A DNA stretch of 39,272 nt from an uncultured Candidatus Saccharibacteria bacterium. Its GTDB lineage: Bacteria; Patescibacteriota; Minisyncoccia; Phycocordibacterales; UBA918. The notes beneath the pieces are model-generated. The model was not told the DNA's origin, did not search any database, and was given only the letters and a program-made list of their open reading frames with translations. Positions 1 to 7,476 of the stretch are shown here, one piece after another; position 1 is the stretch's first letter, and every line of letters starts with the position of its first letter. The translations under genes were made by a program, and so were the position numbers. The stretch covers positions 1 to 39,272 of the forward strand of contig CAZBQV010000001.1 of the NCBI GenBank assembly GCA_964494235.1. The letters run 5' to 3'.

Positions 1-2132
1 CCCGTTGCACTTGAGCCAGCGACCGTCAGCTTACTTGTCGGAGTGGTCGTACCAATACCAAGAAGGCCCGTTGCCGTCAGACGCATCCACTCCGTGCCCG
101 TGCGACTCGTTGAGCGCCATGAGTGGAATCCTCCGCTCCAAGTCGCAAGATCACCCGATGAGATACCGACGCCATAGTTGGTGTTGTAGTAATAAATCTT
201 ATCCGCAATTTCGTCAGTAAAGTCGAGCTGCACACCTGTTGCTGCGGTAATATCTCCGCCCGCAACATCTATACCCGCATCTGCATTAAGATTTCCACCG
301 ACAGTGAGTGCGCCCGTAGTGCTGTCATCAGCATCATTGCGGAGGAACTTGTCAGGAATGAGTGAAAGTGCCAACGTCGAAGTTGATGAAAGCTCACCCG
401 AGCTATTTGCGTAGAGCAAACCATCAGTCAGACTACTGAACGTAATGGTCGACGTTGCGGTAAGTCCTGCAACCGAAAGATTGCCGGTAATGCGTGAGTC
501 GCCTTGTACCGAGAGCTTCGTGAGTGGTGATGAGGTGCCGATGCCGACGTTGCCATCACTCAAGATTCTCATTCGTTCAGTGCTGTTTGTACCAAAAACA
601 ATTGGCGTTGCATTTGCTCCCGTACCGATTAAGAGACCACTACCAGTGAGCGCGAGCATTTCTGCATACCCACCGATGGCAAATCCATATCGACTCGTCA
701 CGCGGCCGGAGCCGTGAGCGATCGCAAGATAACTCGCGGTGTCAGTTCGGCCATATACACCCGCTTGTGCTGTTGTGCCGGATGAGAAGTTGGTGAGATT
801 GAGGTACGTACCTTTGTCCTGCGTTTTATCGACATGCAGCTCCCATGCAGGGCTCGTTGTACCAAAGCCAACATTGCCACTTTCCTTGAAGGTAGCCAGC
901 GGTGTGCTGTTGTATGCCTGAACCTCGAATACTGCGGAAGTTGAGTCATTTATATTGTACTGAGGTTTAACAATCAGGCCTCCTAACGTATACGGAGCGA
1001 GAATGGCATTACCGACACTTTCATGGGTGCCAATTTTTATATTTCCAGCAACCTGAAGCTTTTCCGATGGACTCGAGGTACCAACGCCAACATTTCCATT
1101 GCTTGCAACATACAACCCCTCATCACCCCCATCTCCTGAGATCCAGTTTGATCCAAGTACTATATTTGCCGAAGTACCACTGAACGTGAGGTTACCAGAA
1201 ATTGAATCTCCTGTATTACGAACATACGCATCTTCGATAATTGACGACGAGATTGAAGATGATGCTGAAAGAACACCCGAGCTATTTGCGTAGAGTAAGC
1301 CGCTCGTAAGTCCGCTGAATGTGATGGTGCCGCTTGAGGTGATGCCGGTTGCGGCTGCAATCGCGCCGGATGAATTTACTTGGAAAGCATCATTTGCACC
1401 AACGGTCAGTAACGCCGTCGGCGACGTATCACCGATGCCGACATTTCCACTTTCAAGTACCGTAAAGACTTCCGTACCTCCCGTCTCAAGCAGATTGAGA
1501 ATGTCAGTCGTACCAGACGTCTGCACGGTAAGGCGTGCGCCGCTTGTTGTTGTTGTACCGATACCGATGTGTCCCCCATCCTTTGCGGTAAAGATTGTCG
1601 TTGCACCGTCTTTAAGATCAAGGATATTTCCCGTTCCTGACTGCGTCACCGTCAGGAGCGTCGTCGCAGATGATGAGGCCATCGTGTCAGCATCATCGCT
1701 GCGCAAAAACTGTGATGCGGTAAAGCCATCGAGCTCCTGCGCTTGGAAGGCTGCCGGCACTGCACCAAGCACTTTTCGTGGCGCCATCTCACTATCTGCC
1801 TCAACAGTCACACCAAGGTAAAGTGTCTGATTGAAATCGACGCCCGAAAGTGACGAGACATCACCGAGCATGACGCTGAAGAGTCCGCTCGTTGCGTGGA
1901 CCGTCTGTGTCTCTGTCCAGATGGCAACTCCTCCCGTGGCAACCGTATACAAATTAAATTCGATATCATAGTTACCGTCTGCAACCGCCGCATTGCTGCT
2001 ATTCGTGAGTTTTCCTTGGTAATTAATCTCTGCATTAAATGCAGCCTCGGCTTTTGTTGTATTGAAAATTGCCCCACCACACAGCGCTGCAATGAGCGCA
2101 CAAACGACAAGTACGCGTGCAAGCGCACTCAT
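1..2132 (-). CDS. Giant secreted repeat protein, tail-fibre-like (N-terminal ~710 aa; C-terminus lies beyond the window start)
   Basis: Absent from the supplied ORF track because it has no in-window stop. The reverse complement from the ATG at 2132 reads MSALARVLVVCALIAALCGGAIFNTTKAEAAFNAEINYQGKLTNSSNAAVADGNYDIEFNLYTVATGGVAIWTETQTVHATSGLFSVMLGD.... I translated by eye to position 1 without meeting a stop, and re-checked plus-strand triplets starting at positions divisible by 3 for 1-300. It has a signal peptide and five copies of the motif GNVG(I/V/F)G(T/D)(T/S)SPxxxLxV. The stretch ERMRILSDGNVGIGTSSPLTKLSV is typical of tail-fibre-like surface proteins. Confidence 0.8.
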   Translation of the reverse strand, partial: MSALARVLVVCALIAALCGGAIFNTTKAEAAFNAEINYQGKLTNSSNAAVADGNYDIEFNLYTVATGGVAIWTETQTVHATSGLFSVMLGDVSSLSGVDFNQTLYLGVTVEADSEMAPRKVLGAVPAAFQAQELDGFTASQFLRSDDADTMASSSATTLLTVTQSGTGNILDLKDGATTIFTAKDGGHIGIGTTTTSGARLTVQTSGTTDILNLLETGGTEVFTVLESGNVGIGDTSPTALLTVGANDAFQVNSSGAIAAATGITSSGTITFSGLTSGLLYANSSGVLSASSSISSSIIEDAYVRNTGDSISGNLTFSGTSANIVLGSNWISGDGGDEGLYVASNGNVGVGTSSPSEKLQVAGNIKIGTHESVGNAILAPYTLGGLIVKPQYNINDSTSAVFEVQAYNSTPLATFKESGNVGFGTTSPAWELHVDKTQDKGTYLNLTNFSSGTTAQAGVYGRTDTASYLAIAHGSGRVTSRYGFAIGGYAEMLALTGSGLLIGTGANATPIVFGTNSTERMRILSDGNVGIGTSSPLTKLSVQGDSRITGNLSVAGLTATSTITFSSLTDGLLYANSSGELSSTSTLALSLIPDKFLRNDADDSTTGALTVGGNLNADAGIDVAGGDITAATGVQLDFTDEIADKIYYYNTNYGVGISSGDLATWSGGFHSWRSTSRTGTEWMRLTATGLLGIGTTTPTSKLTVAGSSAT
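395..416 (-). repeat. Copy 1 of a 22-nt identical in-frame direct repeat inside the giant ORF (cacccgagctatttgcgtagag)
   Basis: The identical 22-mer recurs at 1274-1295, exactly 879 nt (293 codons) away. It encodes LLYANSSG within diverged modules (ITFSSLTDGLLYANSSGELSS versus ITFSGLTSGLLYANSSGVLSA). Confidence 0.85.
1274..1295 (-). repeat. Copy 2 of the 22-nt in-frame direct repeat inside the giant ORF
   Basis: Same 22-mer as 395-416. The flanks are only partly similar, which indicates an old module duplication with a conserved core. Confidence 0.85.
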
Positions 2133-2160
2133 ATATATGTATGTGGTTGTAAAGCGAACG

Positions 2161-3696
2161 TTATGCATACCTATACTGGTCTCTCCGTATCAGCCAATAA
2201 CCCACCGCGAGAAGTGCGATGAGCAAGAGGAGAAAGAGAACATTAACTCGACCATATATTCCTGAAGCAACCGATTCCTTTTCTGCGGGGCGCGTAACGA
2301 CAATTGTCGCCCGCACATCTGCCATCTCTTTTAGCGCATAGTCGATCACGGTAATTCCTGTCGGGTAGTAGCCCTCGTCAACAAGCGGGGCGATCTGCGC
2401 TTCGTACGCAGTCTTTTCTTTGTTAATGCGCAACAAAAATGAGAACAGCTGCGACTTATCCTGCGGATGCGCAAGCGTCACCATGACCGTCTTGAGGTTT
2501 TCAAGTAGCGCATCGTATGGGATAAGAATGGTGAATGGTCGAGTGCTGTCGAGCGTAAAGTAGACATCCTCCTCAACGGTGGCAGGAGAAACAACACGTC
2601 CATCTTGGATGAATTGAATATCCATGAGCGAGAGCTCGATCGTGGTTGATGCAGTCCCGCGATCTTCTTCAAGCGGCACACCTGCGCGACGCGCAATTGC
2701 AAGTGCGCCAGACGAGATGTTCCCCTTATCATCGACCGTGAATACGGTGTAGTAGGCACGATCGTTTTTCCGCAATGCATCTGCATCGAAGAATTCCGTA
2801 CCGTCTCCTTCATATATAAGAGCGCCATCATGAGGATCGCTCGGATAGAAGAGGGGCGAACGAAGAATGCGAACATGCGAGAAGTCTGCTTCACGTGGGT
2901 TTTGCCATGAGAGACGCACATCATCGACCGTTTCAACCTGCGTACGAAGATTGAAGACGTTAGATGGTGGGGTGAGGTCCGGTCCCGCAAGTGTTCTAAA
3001 TGAATCTTGCACAAGTGTTCGTTCATTACCGTACTGGTCAACAGTAATGATCGTGAACTCATAGCGCGTGTCAGGAGAAAGTCCCGTGAGTTTCGTTGTG
3101 TGGACCTTCGAGAATAATTCAGTCGAAAGGAATCCTGATTCGTATGATGCAGTGCGCCCCCATCTGACGTGATAGCGAACTGGTGTGAGCGTCTCCCAAT
3201 TCAGATCCGCCGTGTAGAGGCCAGGCGTAATGTAGAGCGATACCAATCCTCCGACCATGCCGCCGCCCGATGAACTCGGAGCTTCTTCAGCTGCTGGTGT
3301 CAGCGTCGTCGCACTCGACGATGCAGATTGTGCTGACACATTCCCTGCCGCATCAAATGCTGCAACGGTGTACGAATACGTCGTACTGTGTGTGAGCCCC
3401 GTGTCGCTATACGTTGTCAGTGTTGACGTGGCAATCTGAACCGAATCGCGAAAGACTCTGTATCCCGTCACGGCAACATTGTCTGTTGAAGCGGTCCACG
3501 AAAGATTGATTTGCGAAACGCTGATCGCCGTTGCAGTGAGTCCCGCTGGTACGCTTGGAGCTGTACCGTCAGGAACACCAGTCACCGTCTGACTAACCGT
3601 GAAGCTATCGTAGTACGCAGCATGAAGCATCGGGGACCACACCATGCTCATGCATGCGAGGGTCATCAGTGTTATGTGCGTAATAAATAATTTCAT
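2161..3696 (-). CDS. Membrane-anchored surface protein with three fibronectin-type-III-like modules
   Basis: 511-aa ORF. N-terminal signal peptide (MKLFITHITLMTLACMSMVWSPMLHA). FN3 signature LTATAISVSQINLSWTASTDNVAVTGYRVFRD...YSYTVAAFDAAGNVS plus two further FN3-like modules (RYEFTIITVDQYGNE; RLSWQNP...YYTVFTVDDKGNIS). C-terminal TM helix followed by a basic tail (VLFLLLLIALLAVGYWLIRRDQYRYA). No LPXTG motif. Confidence 0.8.
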   Translation of the reverse strand: MKLFITHITLMTLACMSMVWSPMLHAAYYDSFTVSQTVTGVPDGTAPSVPAGLTATAISVSQINLSWTASTDNVAVTGYRVFRDSVQIATSTLTTYSDTGLTHSTTYSYTVAAFDAAGNVSAQSASSSATTLTPAAEEAPSSSGGGMVGGLVSLYITPGLYTADLNWETLTPVRYHVRWGRTASYESGFLSTELFSKVHTTKLTGLSPDTRYEFTIITVDQYGNERTLVQDSFRTLAGPDLTPPSNVFNLRTQVETVDDVRLSWQNPREADFSHVRILRSPLFYPSDPHDGALIYEGDGTEFFDADALRKNDRAYYTVFTVDDKGNISSGALAIARRAGVPLEEDRGTASTTIELSLMDIQFIQDGRVVSPATVEEDVYFTLDSTRPFTILIPYDALLENLKTVMVTLAHPQDKSQLFSFLLRINKEKTAYEAQIAPLVDEGYYPTGITVIDYALKEMADVRATIVVTRPAEKESVASGIYGRVNVLFLLLLIALLAVGYWLIRRDQYRYA

Positions 3697-3700
3697 GGTT

Positions 3701-4471
3701 CTAGAGCGGGAGGAGCGTCAAGGTCGTTGTCGCTACGTACTGCCCTGCTGCTTGGTTTGCCGTTGAGCCTATCTCTACACGAAATCGAATCGTCGTCGCT
3801 GTGCCGTTCGGATGATTTGCACTCGTCCTACGGGCAATCGTCTGCGCGCTCGTCGAGAGGCCGTCCCAACATGCACTTGCCGTGTTACCACTGCCGGTAT
3901 TGCACGATGCACCGTTATCTTTGAATCGTGCAGGGATATCGGTACCCTCTGGCGAAAATCCAAACTGTGATTCATTCGCTGAATTTGTGAATGAATAATC
4001 TGGATCTGATCCAACGGGCGTGTAATCGGGAATACTATTGCTTCCTGACTGCATCGCCGGGCTTCCGCTTGCGGTAATGGTCAATTCGTACCCTGCAAGA
4101 TTATCGGTTGTTGCTGTCGCGAAGGTTGATCCATTACTCGTGCCGCCCGTCACACCGCCGAGCGATGGCGAAAGCGTTACGTTTGCCGCATTGGTGAGCG
4201 CAAGATAAATCTCTTGCATTTGCTGATAACCAGCTTTGAGAGCATATGTCTCGCTTTCTGATTCCCCCGTTGCGATTTCTCCTGTTGTATCTTGCAACTG
4301 ATAGTTTGAAGAAGAACTGTATCCTCCGCCGACGTTGATACTATCGCTTTCAATGCGATAGTTGGTGCTCTGCATCACTTGCGCGTCAACGAGCGGTATA
4401 AGTGAACCAGTACACACAAATATGATTGTGAGCAGCGCGGCGGTATACGTATCTCTAAGGAACATGTGCAT
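3701..4471 (-). CDS. Secreted beta-rich protein, WxL-like (paralog of 5483-6172)
   Basis: 256-aa ORF with a signal peptide. Double SxNY motif (QSTNYRIESDSINVGGGYSSSSNYQLQD). Block LSPSLGGVTGGTSNGSTFATATTDNLAGYELTITASGSPAMQ, a C-x10-C pair followed by W (SCNTGSGNTASACWDGL), and C-terminal QYVATTTLTLLPL. This layout resembles WxL surface proteins with Y or T in place of W. Confidence 0.7.
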   Translation of the reverse strand: MHMFLRDTYTAALLTIIFVCTGSLIPLVDAQVMQSTNYRIESDSINVGGGYSSSSNYQLQDTTGEIATGESESETYALKAGYQQMQEIYLALTNAANVTLSPSLGGVTGGTSNGSTFATATTDNLAGYELTITASGSPAMQSGSNSIPDYTPVGSDPDYSFTNSANESQFGFSPEGTDIPARFKDNGASCNTGSGNTASACWDGLSTSAQTIARRTSANHPNGTATTIRFRVEIGSTANQAAGQYVATTTLTLLPL

Positions 4472-4474
4472 GAC

Positions 4475-5479
4475 CTACTTTGTCTTTACGCGTATCTCGA
4501 AGCGACGTGCAATGAATCGAATTGCAAATATCAGCGCAAAGAGCGCACCAAATACAATTGCGATCAGCTTCCACGGAATAACCACAAACGAGATTGTTGC
4601 GGTATCAAGGATATCCTGATAGCCGCGATTCAATGTGAGCTCCGCAGTGTAATACCCTCCCAGATATCCTCGATTCCATGCAAGTTCACGGAATCGAAGC
4701 GAACCCGGAAGCGCAAACCACGGATCTGCACGCACCACACCGACTTCCTGACCGAAGATATTCCGGATCCGTATTTCACCGTACGGATTGAGATGGATCG
4801 ATCCGGTATTCCCAAACAGTACCTGGAATCGAATCGGTCCATCGGTAAAGAACATCTTGTCTGGTATCGTGCTGAAATCTTCGAGCGCACCCTCAGTGCG
4901 CACGTCTCCTGGCACGGTTACAAAGAACAAAGTTCCAACACGCGACACAATGACGGATCCCGTGCGCGCCATACCTGGCTCGACTGCGGTCCCATCTTCT
5001 GCCGACGTCGTCGTTACAAGAACTGTGCCGTATCGACCTCCCGGCTCAGCATCTGCTGGTACCGATATTGTCACCGGAACTCGCGCTCGCTCTGCGTGCT
5101 GCAGAACGAAGCTCATCTCCGAAATCTGAAGATAATCATGGAGCGAGTACGGTCCTCGATCATCACCGAGGAGCACAACCGTTGTATTTGGATCCTGTGA
5201 TCCAGTCACGTCTTCAATCGCAAGATTGAATGTTCGTGCAGTTCCCATGCGATTTGTTACCAGAAGTTCAACCGTCTTCGTCTCTCCGGGCTGGACAGAA
5301 AGTTCAACTTTTCCCGGTCCAACCACAAAGTCTCCGACAACAGTGTCTTCAGGCAACTTTTCTATCTCATACGCAGCGTTCGTGTGCGTCGGCACAAAAA
5401 GCAGCCACGCGAATGCAACAAGAAGACCTACGATACTCAATCGGATCTGTCTGGCTGTGTAGGTATTTCGAGTTGTCAT
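4475..5479 (-). CDS. Membrane-anchored Ig-like surface protein, DUF916/DUF3324-like (WxL-locus partner type)
   Basis: 334-aa ORF with a signal peptide (LLVAFAWLLFVPTHTNA). Contains PGKVELSVQPGETKTVELLVTNRMGTARTFNL and VPVTISVPADAEPGGRYGTVLVTT, then IRFQVLFGNTGSIHLNPYGEIRIRNIFGQEV. C-terminal TM plus basic tail (WKLIAIVFGALFALIFAIRFIARRFEIRVKTK). Confidence 0.7.
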   Translation of the reverse strand: MTTRNTYTARQIRLSIVGLLVAFAWLLFVPTHTNAAYEIEKLPEDTVVGDFVVGPGKVELSVQPGETKTVELLVTNRMGTARTFNLAIEDVTGSQDPNTTVVLLGDDRGPYSLHDYLQISEMSFVLQHAERARVPVTISVPADAEPGGRYGTVLVTTTSAEDGTAVEPGMARTGSVIVSRVGTLFFVTVPGDVRTEGALEDFSTIPDKMFFTDGPIRFQVLFGNTGSIHLNPYGEIRIRNIFGQEVGVVRADPWFALPGSLRFRELAWNRGYLGGYYTAELTLNRGYQDILDTATISFVVIPWKLIAIVFGALFALIFAIRFIARRFEIRVKTK

Positions 5480-5482
5480 ATA

Positions 5483-6172
5483 TCAGTTTGTTACGGCAGT
5501 AAGTGTTGTTGTCGCTACATACGTATCTGCAGGAACTGCTGGCGATGGGTTTGCAGTAATCTGCGCACGGAAGAAGATCGTGGTCGTCGCACCAGATGCT
5601 GGTGTTTCGGTCGCACGATTGATGATCGTTTCCGGTGATGTTGAGAGGTTATACCAACACGCACCTGCGGTATTACTTGATCCTGTCGCACAGGTATCTA
5701 CGCCGTTGTCACGAAATGTCGGATCAACATCCGATGTTGTCGTTGCTTTTACGCTATACGCAAATTCAGCGGTATTTGATCCAACCGAAAATGTGAAATC
5801 GGGCGTACCAGCAGATGCTTCAGTGTAATCCTGAAATTCACCACCCTGTGAGTTTCCCTGAAGCGCAGGGCTCGAGCTCGCTGTAATGCTCATCGAATAA
5901 CCTGCAGCGTTGTTTGTCATGACGCGCACCTGTGTGGAGCCGTTTGACGTACCTCCCGTAATACCGGCAAGTGATGGACTCATTGTCACATTGTTTGCTG
6001 TTGCAAGAAATGAAATTTCTGCGGTAACAGTCTGTGAGATGGTGAACTGATCGTAGATTGCCTGTCCTACGCGCGGTTCTGCCACCAAGTACGCACTCAG
6101 AAGCGCGACCATAGCAATGAGCGTGAGAACAAGCGATTGCTTGAGCGTGTGTACTATTTCAATGCTTTTCAT
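5483..6172 (-). CDS. Secreted beta-rich protein, WxL-like (paralog of 3701-4471); first gene of the surface operon
   Basis: 229-aa ORF with a signal/anchor segment. Contains MSPSLAGITGGTSNGSTQVRVMTNNAAGYSMSITASSSPALQ, TCATGSSNTAGACWYNL and C-terminal TYVATTTLTAVTN. It aligns block by block with 3701-4471. Confidence 0.7.
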   Translation of the reverse strand: MKSIEIVHTLKQSLVLTLIAMVALLSAYLVAEPRVGQAIYDQFTISQTVTAEISFLATANNVTMSPSLAGITGGTSNGSTQVRVMTNNAAGYSMSITASSSPALQGNSQGGEFQDYTEASAGTPDFTFSVGSNTAEFAYSVKATTTSDVDPTFRDNGVDTCATGSSNTAGACWYNLSTSPETIINRATETPASGATTTIFFRAQITANPSPAVPADTYVATTTLTAVTN

Positions 6173-6232
6173 AATCTTTTATTTTTTAACGTTATTAACT
6201 CTTTGTAATATCGACCTGCTATCCTCGCAGAC

Positions 6233-6264
6233 AGCGCAGAGTGTGCATACGCACACTCTGCGCT
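6233..6264 (-). terminator. Perfect 14-bp hairpin (agcgcagagtgtgc / atac / gcacactctgcgct) overlapping the stop codon of 6263-7114
   Basis: The inverted repeat was read directly from the sequence. No clean U-tract follows on the minus strand, so it may be a non-canonical terminator or an RNA-stability element. Confidence 0.45.
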
Positions 6265-7114
6265 ACCGACCAGGATCAATAGGTACAAGTACGTACCGGT
6301 ATTGATCGCCTGCACGCGATCTGAAAACCGGCTGTACCATACCTGTCCCCCCATCACCTTCGGGCGTGACGACAACCTCGTCCGAAAACGAAGTCTTTAC
6401 CGATTCAATCTCAGCGCGTGAAGCATCGCCCGGAAGCACAACCATTCCTTCACTTACCGGCGCCGCGCCTCCACGCAAATCAACCGCAGGTGTTCCCTCG
6501 TAGGTCAATGAAGCTGACTCGCGCGATGACATATGCGCAAACATGTAGACGCCGATCGCAAGACTTCGAAGTGCGTCATGCGTATGCGAAAAAAATGAAT
6601 CAATCGTCGTTGCAACTGCTGCGACATGTTCAGCTGCGTCCGTCGCGCTCTCAAGAACAACCGCAGAATCAATTGCTCCAAGTGCTACCACTGCATCTGC
6701 TGTGCGCTCCAATGGAGTTGTATATAAAAATATTCCAAGAAACCCTCCCGCAAAGAGAGCAAAAAAAGACATGAGGAGCGCCTGGACACGAAGCTCAATT
6801 GAATCAGAAACAAAGACTGGAACATACGGTGACGGCAATGCTTTCGCACGAATGACTTTTTTCTGAAACTGCACGCGCTCAAGCTGACGCTCGCGTCGAA
6901 TTCGATCACTTCGAAGTTCTTTATTCTTTGAACTTGACGCAACAAATGATGCGAGCGAATCTGCGTTGACCAACCACTGCTTTCCGAGCCGCTGCGCCGC
7001 AACTTTTCCTTCTCGAGCAAGACGTGTGACATAGTCGGCAGTATATCCAAACATACGTCCCGCCTCTCCGGCTGGAATGTAATCACTATTTTGAATTTTT
7101 ACTGCAATTGCCAT
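6263..7114 (-). CDS. Membrane-tethered DNA-binding protein: N-terminal Xis/MerR-type HTH, one TM helix, ~150-aa C-terminal domain
   Basis: 283-aa ORF. HTH region AGEAGRMFGYTADYVTRLAREGKVAAQRLGKQWLVNADSLASFV. TM helix VQALLMSFFALFAGGFLGIFLY. Paralogous N-terminus to 7477-8253. Confidence 0.75.
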   Translation of the reverse strand: MAIAVKIQNSDYIPAGEAGRMFGYTADYVTRLAREGKVAAQRLGKQWLVNADSLASFVASSSKNKELRSDRIRRERQLERVQFQKKVIRAKALPSPYVPVFVSDSIELRVQALLMSFFALFAGGFLGIFLYTTPLERTADAVVALGAIDSAVVLESATDAAEHVAAVATTIDSFFSHTHDALRSLAIGVYMFAHMSSRESASLTYEGTPAVDLRGGAAPVSEGMVVLPGDASRAEIESVKTSFSDEVVVTPEGDGGTGMVQPVFRSRAGDQYRYVLVPIDPGR

Positions 7115-7476
7115 GTTGTTCGAAAAACCAAACTATCTGGTAATTGTATAGCTTTTTCGGACGTTTATCTGCAAAAATTGATGCAAAATATGGGGACAAA
7201 AAAAATATATGTTTCGATAACATTTTTATTATTCCTCATCGATTAATTAACAAAATTTGACGAGAAAAAAATCTTAGGTGTCCACCGCTTTTCTGTAAAG
7301 AATCAGTGGTATTTAAAATAAATAAAAAATCCCTCGGCTATGAGAGACTTTTTATATTAATCCTTTTTTAATTTTAAACCTCTCCAAGTACAGTCACTAG
7401 AAATAATCGAGAATCATTGTGATTTAAAAAATCTCGGGTAAAAGAGATATGGCTAAAAATAAAGATATACGATCAA

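Noticed and set aside
7165-7246. Overlapping antisense mini-ORFs (21 aa and 24 aa, hydrophobic) considered as a type I toxin-antitoxin module.
   Set aside because: There is no supporting promoter/terminator pairing specific to them, no SD, and no homology I can recognise. Such short ORFs can arise by chance. They are mentioned only inside the spacer finding and are not called as features.
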